DNA of 64,000 nucleotides from Chloroflexota bacterium (GTDB lineage Bacteria > Chloroflexota > UBA5177). This document shows positions 29,471 through 38,631 of the stretch, one piece after another (the stretch's first letter is position 1; each line of letters starts with the position of its first letter). A program made the position numbers and the translations under genes. Location: contig DAIORV010000003.1 in NCBI GenBank assembly GCA_036752825.1, forward strand, positions 3,674 to 67,673. The letters are read 5' to 3'. Under the pieces are notes generated by a model. The model worked only from the letters and a program-made list of their open reading frames with translations. It made no database searches and had not been told where the DNA came from.

Positions 29471-30861
29471 GTGAAGCTCCGACTGCCGCAGCGAAGACAA
29501 TTGAGGCCTTGCGCGCTCAAGAGGCATCGATCGGAGTGTGGGGATGCGGGCACATTGGGGCTAGCGCGATGTACCATTTCAGCCGCAAAGGCATTCGTTG
29601 CGCCGGCTTCGACGTCGCTCCGGGCAGAGTCCAAGAGATTCGTGAGGGCCGCTTTCTGTCGACCGATGTCGTGCCCAGCGGCTGGGTGGAAGCTCGGACT
29701 CAGAACGTGGTGGCGACGACCGAGTGGAGCGATCTTAAGGCGCAGAACGTTCTGGTCCACCTTATTGCGGTGCCGACAGAACGCGGGGCGGATCCGAGCT
29801 CGGCCATCCTTGAAGACGTGATGCCCAGAATCTGCGAAACCATCCGCGACAGTGAGGTTGGCGGGCTCACTCCGGCAGTCTTTATCGAGAGCACCATTCA
29901 GCCGACCTGGATTGACACCATCGTAATTCCCGCGCTGCACGCCTCGGGTCTTCGGCCGGGGATCGACGTTCTGGTAGGTGCCGCACCGCGACGGGACTGG
30001 TTTTCCGGCGGAGAACACTCTCTGGAGAAACTTCCGCGAATCGTGGGAGGCGTGTCTCCCGAGGCGACGGAGCTGATGATCCAGCTGTACAGCATCGTTT
30101 GCGATGAAGTTGTGCCCGCGCGCGATGCCTACCACTCAGCTTTCACCAAGGTGATCGAGAACCTGTTGCGATTTCAGGGTCTGGCGCTCGCCAACAGCCT
30201 TTCCCTGGCATTCCCCCAGTTCGACATGACTCACGTGCTCAAGCTGGCAAGCACCAAATGGAACATCCCGCTCTACCACCCTTCGATGGGCATCGGCGGA
30301 CACTGTATTCCCCTTGCCCCCAGGTACACGATGGCCGAGGGCGGAGAGAAAAACGAGTACCTCGAGTTCGTCAAAAACGCAGTGGAATTCAACGAGGCTT
30401 ACTTCGGGCGTCTCTACGACGCGCGTCTTAGAGAGCTGCTCTCGGACTGCCGATCGATCGTCATCTTGGGGCTCGCATATACGCCCGATGCCAAGATGCA
30501 CAAGCTCTCCCCGGCCCTGGATGCCGCACGGGTTCTGCGAGACACTCCGCGACTCCGCATGCACGACCCCTTTTATTCGGATGAAGACATCGAAGACATA
30601 TGTGGCTTGCCGACTCTGCCGTTCCCGGAGGGCCTGCGCGACTGCGACGGCGTGGTTCTCGTGACCGCGCACACCGCATACAAGCAAACGGCGGTTGAGA
30701 AATACATCGGCGCGGGCACCGTGATTGTGGACAACTTCGGAACGTGGAGCGGACGAGAGTTCGCAGCCGGAGTACGCTATCACGAGGTAGGACGGAAATT
30801 CGTGGAAGATGCGCGCAGCTCTCTGCCCTTCCCGGAGCCGGTGCAGAGCCTGACGAGCTAG
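29467..30861 (+). CDS. Divergent nucleotide-sugar dehydrogenase (UDP-Glc/UDP-ManNAc DH family)
   Basis: GCGHIG, IAVPT, EST, KVIEN, catalytic GGHCIP, LGLAY. Several substrate residues are non-canonical. Confidence 0.85.
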   Translation: MSEAPTAAAKTIEALRAQEASIGVWGCGHIGASAMYHFSRKGIRCAGFDVAPGRVQEIREGRFLSTDVVPSGWVEARTQNVVATTEWSDLKAQNVLVHLIAVPTERGADPSSAILEDVMPRICETIRDSEVGGLTPAVFIESTIQPTWIDTIVIPALHASGLRPGIDVLVGAAPRRDWFSGGEHSLEKLPRIVGGVSPEATELMIQLYSIVCDEVVPARDAYHSAFTKVIENLLRFQGLALANSLSLAFPQFDMTHVLKLASTKWNIPLYHPSMGIGGHCIPLAPRYTMAEGGEKNEYLEFVKNAVEFNEAYFGRLYDARLRELLSDCRSIVILGLAYTPDAKMHKLSPALDAARVLRDTPRLRMHDPFYSDEDIEDICGLPTLPFPEGLRDCDGVVLVTAHTAYKQTAVEKYIGAGTVIVDNFGTWSGREFAAGVRYHEVGRKFVEDARSSLPFPEPVQSLTS

Positions 30862-30871
30862 GTGCCGGGCC

Positions 30872-32002
30872 CTGGATCTCAGTCACGGGCTCGCGATTGG
30901 ATGGCTCATTCCGATCGTCGTCGGTCTGATCGCCGGTCTCGTCCTCACGCCTGTGGCCCGAGCACTCGCGATCCGCGTCGACGACATCGATCGTCCGGTG
31001 GGCCTCAAGATCCACAAGCAAGCGACACCTCTCATGGGTGGCGTGGCGGTCTTCTCGGCCTTTGCACTCGCGTCGGCGATCTCGCTCCCCTTCACGGCGC
31101 CGGTCATCGGCCTGCTCTTCGGCGGGCTTGCAGCCGTGGTTCTCGGAGTACTTGACGAGAAGCTGAACCTGCCGCCGTTAGTGCATCTCGTGGGTCAGGT
31201 GGCTGCCGCCGGCGTTGCCATCGTCGCCGGACTCGGCACCATTCAGGCTGTAAGTCTTCCCTTTTCTTCACTGATTACTCCGGGGTACGCGCTACCCGGC
31301 GTCATCAGTCTCGGTCTGACCCTCTTTTGGCTGGTCGGGATGATGAACACCGTCAATTTTCTTGATGGTCTCGACGGCCTGGTGGCTGGAATTTGCGCCG
31401 AGGTCGCCCTTCTGCTCGCCCTGTGGGGAAGCGAACCGGGGAGGTTTCATCTTCTTGCCGGCGTGCACCACGAGGATGTCCTGCTGCCCCTCGCCCTGCT
31501 CGGAGCACTTCTTGGCTTTCTGCCGTTCAATTGGCACGTAGCGAAAATTTTTCTGGGGGACTCCGGAGCGATGTTCCTTGGGCTTTCAATTGGCGCACTC
31601 GCCATCGTGGGACCTGCGAAGCTCGGCACGGCCCTAGTCGTACTGGTTATTCCTGTGCTGGACGTTGCGTGGGCGATCGTGCGCCGTCAATTAAAGGGCA
31701 GAAGTTTTCTGACCGGAGACAAGCAGCACGTCTATCACCGGATGCTCGAGCTCGGCATGTCACACACCGGCACTGTGGTCACCATGTACGGGATCGTGGC
31801 AGTTTTGGGCGCCCTCGACCTATGGCTGATGAAAGGACCCAAGTTCATCGCTTGGGTTCTGCTGGCCTCCCTGACTTTCACCGTCTTCGTGATGCTCGAG
31901 ACGCAAGCCGGAGCTTCATTGCTCCCTGCCAAAGCCATATTGGACGAGCAGCCGTCGGCTTCGGGTTCGCGCGACGGCCCGCACGATCATCCAGGCGGCT
32001 AA
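30872..32002 (+). CDS. Polyprenyl-phosphate GlcNAc-1-P transferase (WecA/TagO, MraY family), probable CTG start
   Basis: KIHKQATPLMGG, LGVLDEK, NTVNFLDGLDGL, FNWHVAKIFLGDSG, DKQHVYHRM. The first TM helix lies upstream of the tracked GTG 30953. Confidence 0.9.
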   Translation: MDLSHGLAIGWLIPIVVGLIAGLVLTPVARALAIRVDDIDRPVGLKIHKQATPLMGGVAVFSAFALASAISLPFTAPVIGLLFGGLAAVVLGVLDEKLNLPPLVHLVGQVAAAGVAIVAGLGTIQAVSLPFSSLITPGYALPGVISLGLTLFWLVGMMNTVNFLDGLDGLVAGICAEVALLLALWGSEPGRFHLLAGVHHEDVLLPLALLGALLGFLPFNWHVAKIFLGDSGAMFLGLSIGALAIVGPAKLGTALVVLVIPVLDVAWAIVRRQLKGRSFLTGDKQHVYHRMLELGMSHTGTVVTMYGIVAVLGALDLWLMKGPKFIAWVLLASLTFTVFVMLETQAGASLLPAKAILDEQPSASGSRDGPHDHPGG

Positions 32003-32938
32003 GGCGTAGACGAAACCTGCAAGCGCGTCGACCAGCCAATGCTCGCCGAGAAAGAAGATGCTGAATAAAACCAGCACTATCCATATCGCGAGTATTCGAG
32101 AGACCCGGGGCGCGGCCCGTCTGAACGCGAGGTACTCAATTAGCGGCATTGCCGCGTGCTCCGACGGGAAGGCGGCTACCGCGTCGCCTTTGAGCTTGAA
32201 AATGTAGAAGAGCGGCGCGCCATGAAACGGGAGGGGATGAGCATGAAGCACAAGTCCGAAACCATTAGAGACGCCCGCTAGAAATACGTGCGAGTGCGCC
32301 CACGCCGCGTGAAGCCCTCCTGGATAGCCGTCTGCGGCGGCGATCCAGGGAAAGAGGAACTTGCTCTTGAAAAACACGAGAGGCTGTGAGGCCATCCACG
32401 GAGGCACTGCCGGAAATAGGACGAAGGTCACCATGCCAAGAATCAGGAGAACGAGCACAGCAGCGGCGAATTGGAAATATACCGGCCGATTCAGCCTCCA
32501 GAGGAAATAGGCGGCTATGAACGGTTCCGGCAAATGCAGGTTGTAGACCGCCGCCGCAAAGTATTCGAGCGGCCCGGGGCGGCTTGCCGCATGAAACGCG
32601 TCTCGGACGAGAATGACCGGGTCGTGCCCGAAGAACAGGGCTCGATCCGCCTGAAGCATGAATTGCAGATGAACCGAAAACGGCGAATCCGCGGCGATTG
32701 GACCACTCAGGTTCCACATCACTAGGCCGGCAATGTAAAACCACCAGTCACAAAGAAACTGTACCGGCATGCGAGAAATTGCGATTGCAGCCACCGCAAC
32801 GCTCAGCACAAGGAGCTCGACTCCCAGTCGAACATTCAGGACATCGGTTATGAGGACGATGGCGGTGAAGTAGGCCGCCAGCAAGATCGTCTCTCGTCGT
32901 GCCGGCGGGCTCCAACCAGGCGGCTTGGCGGCGGTCAA
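31916..32938 (-). CDS. PAP2-superfamily membrane protein (AUR1/IPC synthase-like)
   Basis: YNLH, FPAVPPW, AAFPSEH, GEHWLVD, multi-pass. Confidence 0.82.
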   Translation of the reverse strand: MTAAKPPGWSPPARRETILLAAYFTAIVLITDVLNVRLGVELLVLSVAVAAIAISRMPVQFLCDWWFYIAGLVMWNLSGPIAADSPFSVHLQFMLQADRALFFGHDPVILVRDAFHAASRPGPLEYFAAAVYNLHLPEPFIAAYFLWRLNRPVYFQFAAAVLVLLILGMVTFVLFPAVPPWMASQPLVFFKSKFLFPWIAAADGYPGGLHAAWAHSHVFLAGVSNGFGLVLHAHPLPFHGAPLFYIFKLKGDAVAAFPSEHAAMPLIEYLAFRRAAPRVSRILAIWIVLVLFSIFFLGEHWLVDALAGFVYALAAWMIVRAVARTRSRRLLVQYGFGREQ

Positions 32939-32965
32939 CGAAGCGGATGGATGGGCAACGACACC

Positions 32966-33745
32966 CTAAGAAGCAAGACCGAAGCCCGAGGCAGCCAGGA
33001 AACCGCCGTCGATAGCGATGCACTGGCCGGTGATGTATGATGCGCTCTCGCTCACCAGGAACACCACGAGGTTGGCTATCTCCGAAACCTCGCCAAACCG
33101 TCCCAGCGGAATTCTGCGAAGCCAGGCATCACTCTGCTCGTCTGTCAGATGCGAGGTCGCGTCCGTCAGGAAGTAGCCGGGTACAACACAGTTGACTGTG
33201 GTCCGTTGCCCCGCATAGCGAACCGCAGCATCGCGAGTAAGTCCGAGGAGCGCCGATTTCGCCGCCGCGTAGTTCGACTGCCCGGCATTTCCCGCGCTGC
33301 CCACCACCGAGCTGAGATTGACGATTCGGGCATTCGGGATGCCGTTCATGACCGCCGCCGATTGCTCCAGCAAGAGTCGGGGCCCCGCCAGGTCGGTGGA
33401 CCAGATCGCATCCCAGTCGTCAGATGTCATCTGAATGACCAGTCGGTCTCGCGTTATGCCGGCGTTATTGATGAGCACGTTGACCGGGCCGAGGGCTCCG
33501 GAGGCCCGATCGTACAGCTCCGCCGCCTGGCCAAGGTCGGAAATATCGGCGCGCAACGAGACAGCTCTGCGCCCGATACTCTCGATCTGTCCGACGACCT
33601 CCTCGGCCTCAGCCTCTGACTTTCGGTAGTTGACGGCCACGTCGAAGCCGGATTGCGCGAGGCGGAGCGCGACCACTTTCCCGATGCCCCGGGAGGCCCC
33701 TGTGACAAGCGCCGCTCCGGTCGCACCGGGCTGAGTCGTGCTCAT
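32966..33745 (-). CDS. fabG: 3-oxoacyl-ACP reductase-like SDR
   Basis: TGASRGIG, NNAGITRD, SSVVG-AGNAGQSNYAAAK, NCVVPG, YITGQ...DGG. Confidence 0.85.
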   Translation of the reverse strand: MSTTQPGATGAALVTGASRGIGKVVALRLAQSGFDVAVNYRKSEAEAEEVVGQIESIGRRAVSLRADISDLGQAAELYDRASGALGPVNVLINNAGITRDRLVIQMTSDDWDAIWSTDLAGPRLLLEQSAAVMNGIPNARIVNLSSVVGSAGNAGQSNYAAAKSALLGLTRDAAVRYAGQRTTVNCVVPGYFLTDATSHLTDEQSDAWLRRIPLGRFGEVSEIANLVVFLVSESASYITGQCIAIDGGFLAASGFGLAS

Positions 33746-33750
33746 AGCTC

Positions 33751-33760
33751 TGCTATTCTA
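33751..33760. promoter_or_regulatory. Overlapping divergent -10 elements (bidirectional promoter candidate)
   Basis: TGCTATTCTA gives TGc-TATTCT on plus and TAGAAT on minus, inside a 47-nt divergent gap. Confidence 0.55.
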
Positions 33761-33792
33761 GTGAAGATTTCGCGGGGACGAGGAGAGGGCCA

Positions 33793-34629
33793 ATGTCGGC
33801 CAGCGGCGTGCGCCAGGACCACACATTTGAAGCCTTCGCCAGTCACGATTTTTATCGGGTGGTCAACGAGCACCTTGTTGATGCGACGCTTCAGATCAGG
33901 TCCCACGTTCCGCGGCCCCCGATCCACCGGGTGCTCGATCTGGCGTGCGGCACGGGCGCAGTGACAGCTCTGCTGGTTGACCGCGTTCGCAAGCTGCGGC
34001 AGCCGGTCGAGGTTATCGCCGTAGACCCTTCCGAGTCGGCGCTTGAAAAGGCCCGGCGACTGGTCGGCAACGCCGCCCAGTTTGTGAAAGGGACGGCGCA
34101 AGCATTCTCCAACGTGGTGTCGGGAGTCGATCTCATCCTGTTCTGCAACGCGATTCACTTACTGCCTAATAAAGATGTGGTTTTGAGTGAGGCAAGGAAC
34201 GCCCTCAACGAAGGCGGCGTGATCGGTTTCAACTCCTCTTTCTACGAAGGCTGCTACGTACCGGGAACGGAGCGGTTCTACAAGCTCTGGATGCTGCGGG
34301 CGATGCAGCTTTTGAAACAGGAAACGGGAATGCGCCCTGATCGGAAGAAGGTCGAGGCGATGCGCTGGCTGACCCCAGACGAGTATCGCGAGGTGCTGGA
34401 GAGAACTGGCTTCACGGTCGACATCATGGAAGCCGAGCAGGCGATGATGACCTGCAAGAGCTGGCAAGACATCAGCCATTACTCGGAGTTCGCGAACGGG
34501 GCTTTGCCGGGTGTTCCCCTGGACGTGGCTATTCCCGTTCTGGAGCGATCCGTGGCCCTGGCTTATCAGGAGATGAAAATCACCGAGCTGCCGCGTAACT
34601 GGCTCCAGGTAGTCGCCCGCGCAGTGTGA
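33793..34629 (+). CDS. Class I SAM-dependent methyltransferase
   Basis: VLDLACGTG, AVDPSESAL, CNAIHL, LNEGG. RBS GAGGAG. Confidence 0.88.
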   Translation: MSASGVRQDHTFEAFASHDFYRVVNEHLVDATLQIRSHVPRPPIHRVLDLACGTGAVTALLVDRVRKLRQPVEVIAVDPSESALEKARRLVGNAAQFVKGTAQAFSNVVSGVDLILFCNAIHLLPNKDVVLSEARNALNEGGVIGFNSSFYEGCYVPGTERFYKLWMLRAMQLLKQETGMRPDRKKVEAMRWLTPDEYREVLERTGFTVDIMEAEQAMMTCKSWQDISHYSEFANGALPGVPLDVAIPVLERSVALAYQEMKITELPRNWLQVVARAV

Positions 34630-36260
34630 TGCGGCACAGCAATCGCCGAGCGCTGGCTGTTGCCTCGCTGCTCGCGGTCTTCTTCGTTTCCGTCTATCTG
34701 GTGACCGAGTCGGCAGACCTGAGGCACAACGGTGATACCGTCTTCCGCTACCAGACGACTCAGTCAATCGTCGAGCAGCATCATGTTTGGATCGCGCACC
34801 CGATTGGCCTCGATCCCCGTGTGGTGAGAGGGAACGGCGGGCACCTGTACGCGTTTTACGCGCCAGGTCAGACCTTGCTTATGGTTTCGCTTTACGTGCT
34901 AGGAAAGGCAGCCGCGCATCACTTTGGGCTCTCATACGATGTGGCGACGCGCTATGCAACTCGTTCACTCGACCTCTTCCTGGGCGCCGCGCTGGCGGTG
35001 CTGCTCTTCTTCTTTGCAATGTCGGTAGGTTACTCAATTCGAGTTTCGGCACTGCTGACATTACTCCTCGGGCTAGCCACTCCGGCCTGGCCCGATGCGC
35101 AGAGCGGCTTGGAGCAGACCCAGGTGGATGTCTTCCTTTTGCTCGCGGTGTTCTCCGTCTGGAGATCGGTGTCTAACGACCGCCATCGCTATCGGTGGCT
35201 TCTCCTCGCCGGGACAGCATCTGGATTGATGGTTCTGACGCGTTACGACTCAGTTCTATTCATCCCGCTTGTAGCGCTCTATCCAGCACTGATCCGTTAC
35301 GTTCGTTCCGGTTTTCGATCGTCACTCGGAGATGCCATCGTGTACCTCACAGCGGTGATCCCATGGAGTGCCGCCATCCTCGTCTGGGACTGGATTCGGT
35401 TCGGCTCGGTGCTACAGACGGGATTGCACGAACGCACCTTGGGCGAGCAACCGCTGGTTGGACTGGCGGGGTTGCTCGTCAGTCCAGGGAAAGGGCTCCT
35501 TTGGTACATGCCTCTGGTGTTTGCACTTCCATTTGTAGCGCGTCGATTCTTCCGGCGGTCCGCGTCGCTTTCGTTCTTTGTCCTGGCACTGATTCTCGCG
35601 CCACTCATCCTCTACTCAAACGTCCTCTATTGGCACGGAGACCCGGCCTGGGGCCCCAGATATCTGTACACATCGCTGCCGTATCTCGTTTTGCCGCTAG
35701 GTGAAGTTCTCTCGCCGTGGAGAAGCATTCGTCCTTCTCGAAAAACGATCTTCGCAGCCCTTGCTCTCGCCGGATTTGCTCTCTCTGTGGCAGCCGTATC
35801 CGTCACTCAGTGGCGTTTCTGGTACAGACTCGAAGCTCAAGAGCAACAGACGGTCGCCGCTTCGACCTGGGCCGGACAGCCATTCCATTGGGGCTCTCAG
35901 AAGTACCACTACTACTGGAACGTCAAACAGTCGCCGATTCTGTTGCAGATCGATAACGTCTACCAGGTTCTGCGGCTGGATGTGCTGGGAAACCAGCGCT
36001 ATGAGCTCCGATCGCAGCCTGACCCGTATGTATCGAATGCGGCCGTCAACTATCCGGTCAATACCTTGAACTTTTGGTGGGCCGATGTGCGCCATCCGCT
36101 ATTTGGACAGACGGCGCGCTTTGTGTTGGCCGGCTTGCTGACATTATTGGCTATGCTCTCGGCGCTGGGCCTGGCATACGCGCTTAGAGATCCGAAGCGG
36201 CGTAGAGAGCGTGCGCTGGTGCCGGTTACCCGATCGGTCACCGAGCGAGCAGTGTCCTAG
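34626..36260 (+). CDS. Probable GT-C fold membrane glycosyltransferase
   Basis: More than 10 TM segments, NGD loop, LEQTQVD, RYD, GLLVSPGKGLLWY, W-G-PAWGPRYL. Confidence 0.68.
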   Translation: MMRHSNRRALAVASLLAVFFVSVYLVTESADLRHNGDTVFRYQTTQSIVEQHHVWIAHPIGLDPRVVRGNGGHLYAFYAPGQTLLMVSLYVLGKAAAHHFGLSYDVATRYATRSLDLFLGAALAVLLFFFAMSVGYSIRVSALLTLLLGLATPAWPDAQSGLEQTQVDVFLLLAVFSVWRSVSNDRHRYRWLLLAGTASGLMVLTRYDSVLFIPLVALYPALIRYVRSGFRSSLGDAIVYLTAVIPWSAAILVWDWIRFGSVLQTGLHERTLGEQPLVGLAGLLVSPGKGLLWYMPLVFALPFVARRFFRRSASLSFFVLALILAPLILYSNVLYWHGDPAWGPRYLYTSLPYLVLPLGEVLSPWRSIRPSRKTIFAALALAGFALSVAAVSVTQWRFWYRLEAQEQQTVAASTWAGQPFHWGSQKYHYYWNVKQSPILLQIDNVYQVLRLDVLGNQRYELRSQPDPYVSNAAVNYPVNTLNFWWADVRHPLFGQTARFVLAGLLTLLAMLSALGLAYALRDPKRRRERALVPVTRSVTERAVS

Positions 36261-37090
36261 CCAAGCTGCCTCGCAGCCTCTCGAAGCTCCCTTGCCCGAT
36301 TGGTCGCTGCCATGACGCCGTCGATCAAGGCGCCGCGCATTGCGCGCTCTTCGAACACTTTAACGCCTTCCACCGTCACGCCGCCCGGCGTACAGAGTTC
36401 GTCCAACAGCTGCGAAGGAAGCTTGTCGGTCGCCTCCACGTTGCGGGCTGCCGCAATGACCTGTTCGATCGCCCTGGAGTGAGACGCCTGATGTCGAAGG
36501 CCGACTAGCGAACCAGCGGTAATCAGTGCGTCGAGCAATAAATATACGGTCGCGGTCGTGGTGGATCCGAAGGTCGTGAACGCGTCGATCTCGTCCTCGG
36601 GGAGCACGATGACGTTTTCGCTGATAGTGCCGAAGATGCGGGAAGCGATCGCAAGGTGCTGTGCGGTCGCGGCCGAGTTAAGCGTGAGCCCCGTTGTGCC
36701 TGCCTTGATTCGTCCGAAAAAGGTCGGCATGGCACGCACGAAGGGAGTGGACCCACCGATCTGAGCTTCGTACAAGGAGATGGGTAGACCAGCAGCGATA
36801 GTCACCAGCAGCCGGCTCTCCACCTCACCTCGAAGCTCTTTCAGCACTCCATTCATTGCTTGAGGCCGAACACAAAGAATCGCGACGTCCCCGTGCCTGT
36901 AAGCTTCAACGTTACTCGTGGTCGTTCGCACCGGCACCGATTCACGGAACTGCACGAGCCGATCTTCTCGGTAGTGCGAGACCATGATGTCCTCTGACGA
37001 CACGAGCTTGCTGCGAACCAGTCCGAGCGCGATCACTTCCGCCATGACTCCCGCCCCGATAAGCGAGACCTTCTTTTCTTCAAGAACCAC
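36257..37090 (-). CDS. proC: Pyrroline-5-carboxylate reductase
   Basis: IGAGVMA, LCVRPQ, TIAAG, VRAMP, EDEIDAFT, LCTPGGVT. Confidence 0.88.
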   Translation of the reverse strand: MVLEEKKVSLIGAGVMAEVIALGLVRSKLVSSEDIMVSHYREDRLVQFRESVPVRTTTSNVEAYRHGDVAILCVRPQAMNGVLKELRGEVESRLLVTIAAGLPISLYEAQIGGSTPFVRAMPTFFGRIKAGTTGLTLNSAATAQHLAIASRIFGTISENVIVLPEDEIDAFTTFGSTTTATVYLLLDALITAGSLVGLRHQASHSRAIEQVIAAARNVEATDKLPSQLLDELCTPGGVTVEGVKVFEERAMRGALIDGVMAATNRARELREAARQLG

Positions 37091-37108
37091 ACTTGCCTCC
37101 AGAGGCGT

Positions 37109-37681
37109 CTATGAGTCCATGGGCGGGCGTCGAATGATGACTTCGCACGGTGCGTTTGCGAGGACGTATTCCACGGTGCGAGCGTAACGACTGCCACGCC
37201 GATTGGACTTTGGTATATCTGCCATTAAAAGCACGTCCACGTTGTTCTCCATCGCGTACTGAACGATGGTCGGTCCCGCCTGCCGCGCTCGCTCCACTCG
37301 TCGATTGATATGAACGTCATACCTTGCAGAGATCTTCTGAGCTTGCTTAAATGCCTGCTCGGCACGATCCAACTCGCTCTGTGAAACGGCGTCAAGGGGC
37401 AGCTGCAGCGGCACTTCGACCACGTACACGACGTCCATGCTGGCTCCTCGAAACTTGGCCATTTGGGCAGCAAGTGCCACCAGATGAAGTGACACAAAGT
37501 CTCCCAAGATAGGAACCACGATTCGCGAGAAGCCACCTGTTTCGCGATGCACCCTGTTGACGTGCTGTTCGATCCCGCCGACCTGAGGAAGGTGAAGCAT
37601 CCACCAAAGAATCGAGGTGATGGCCGACACATAGACCAGCGCCACGACGGCACCAATTGGGGTGACTGCCGCCAGAGTCAT
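37109..37681 (-). CDS. Universal stress protein with N-terminal TM anchor
   Basis: TM segment, then RIVVP, VYVVEVPLQLPLD, ARQAGPTIVQYA, VDVLLM, VLANAPCEVII. Confidence 0.85.
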   Translation of the reverse strand: MTLAAVTPIGAVVALVYVSAITSILWWMLHLPQVGGIEQHVNRVHRETGGFSRIVVPILGDFVSLHLVALAAQMAKFRGASMDVVYVVEVPLQLPLDAVSQSELDRAEQAFKQAQKISARYDVHINRRVERARQAGPTIVQYAMENNVDVLLMADIPKSNRRGSRYARTVEYVLANAPCEVIIRRPPMDS

Positions 37682-37851
37682 GCAGACCTATGCCGAGCAG
37701 CGTAGTCCTTGAGCCGGACCAAGCCAAGGGCCATGAAAACCACGCCCAGCACGCCGATTATCAGAACGTGGCCGAGAGCGCTTCGCACGATGATCACTGA
37801 ACCAATGGCGATATAGAGAACACTCACCACTACGAAGTAACGTTCCCGCAC
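37678..37851 (-). CDS. 57-aa two-TM membrane protein (absent from ORF track)
   Basis: MRERYFVVVSVLYIAIGSVIIVRSALGHVLIIGVLGVVFMALGLVRLKDYAARHRSA. GGAGG RBS, TAGAAT -10, ATGA overlap with the USP start. Confidence 0.8.
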   Translation of the reverse strand: MRERYFVVVSVLYIAIGSVIIVRSALGHVLIIGVLGVVFMALGLVRLKDYAARHRSA

Positions 37852-38041
37852 CTGGCTCGGCCTCCATTCAGGACAATTCTACTGCCGTTAATGCGCGTGA
37901 GCAGTTCTTACCGCGTTCAAAACCCGGCCGCGGCTGTAGGTCTCCTCGTCTCGATTACTGAATGGCTGCTCGGCGTCCGTGAGTCGATCGAGGTCGCCTC
38001 CGAACCTCCCGAGTTGAGGTTCGGTCGCGCGACGACGGATG

Positions 38042-38212
38042 TCAGATTCCCCGGAGACCCTTCGTATATCGTGACTCGTAAGCCTCGAGGTTCAGGCGCT
38101 CTTGATAGCTCAGCTGGGAACCCTTCCGAAGCTTCTTCAACATCGATCTGAGGCTTGCTCGGTCCGCCGAGCGGAGGTCCTTGCGATCGACCAGCTCCTG
38201 AAGGCTCTTCAC
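38042..38212 (-). CDS. Hypothetical 56-aa basic protein
   Basis: GTG start 13 nt after the upstream stop: MKSLQELVDRKDLRSADRASLRSMLKKLRKGSQLSYQERLNLEAYESRYTKGLRGI. It is the C-terminal part of track ORF 38042..38545. Confidence 0.55.
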   Translation of the reverse strand: MKSLQELVDRKDLRSADRASLRSMLKKLRKGSQLSYQERLNLEAYESRYTKGLRGI

Positions 38213-38225
38213 GTTCGCACCTGGG

Positions 38226-38591
38226 CTATCGCTCGTTCTCGGGTCGCGAAGGATTGCGACTGGGAGGACGAGGGATGTGGCCGGTGCGCTCCTGCACAAT
38301 GCGACGAACAAGGGCGGGCCGGGGCAATCGGTGCTCACTGAAGGGCACGTTACTCTGCAACCCCAAGCGTGAGCGATGGGTGCGCTGGTTGTAACTCTCC
38401 TGGCGCGAAACCGCGGAGCGCACTTCCTCCAGAAGATCGTCGACCGCGAGTCCAACGGCTTCCGGCACGCCATAGCCCCGGCGCAACAAGACAAAATAGT
38501 AGTCCCTGGTCGGCGAGGGTTCGGCCTCCGCCGACATGAGCCCAACGATCCATTCGGTTAGCTGGTTAGCGGAGGGATCATGGTCAGCCAT
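38226..38591 (-). CDS. Hypothetical 121-aa protein
   Basis: ATG after GAGGAG, 40 nt downstream of the previous gene. Confidence 0.6.
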   Translation of the reverse strand: MADHDPSANQLTEWIVGLMSAEAEPSPTRDYYFVLLRRGYGVPEAVGLAVDDLLEEVRSAVSRQESYNQRTHRSRLGLQSNVPFSEHRLPRPALVRRIVQERTGHIPRPPSRNPSRPENER

Positions 38592-38631
38592 GAACCGTTT
38601 CTCCTCAGGCCTCTTGCCAGAAGTCCCGGCG

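Noticed and set aside
31916-32002. 87-nt convergent overlap between wecA and PAP2
   Set aside because: Both overlapping tails look non-conserved, so it is likely stop-codon drift.
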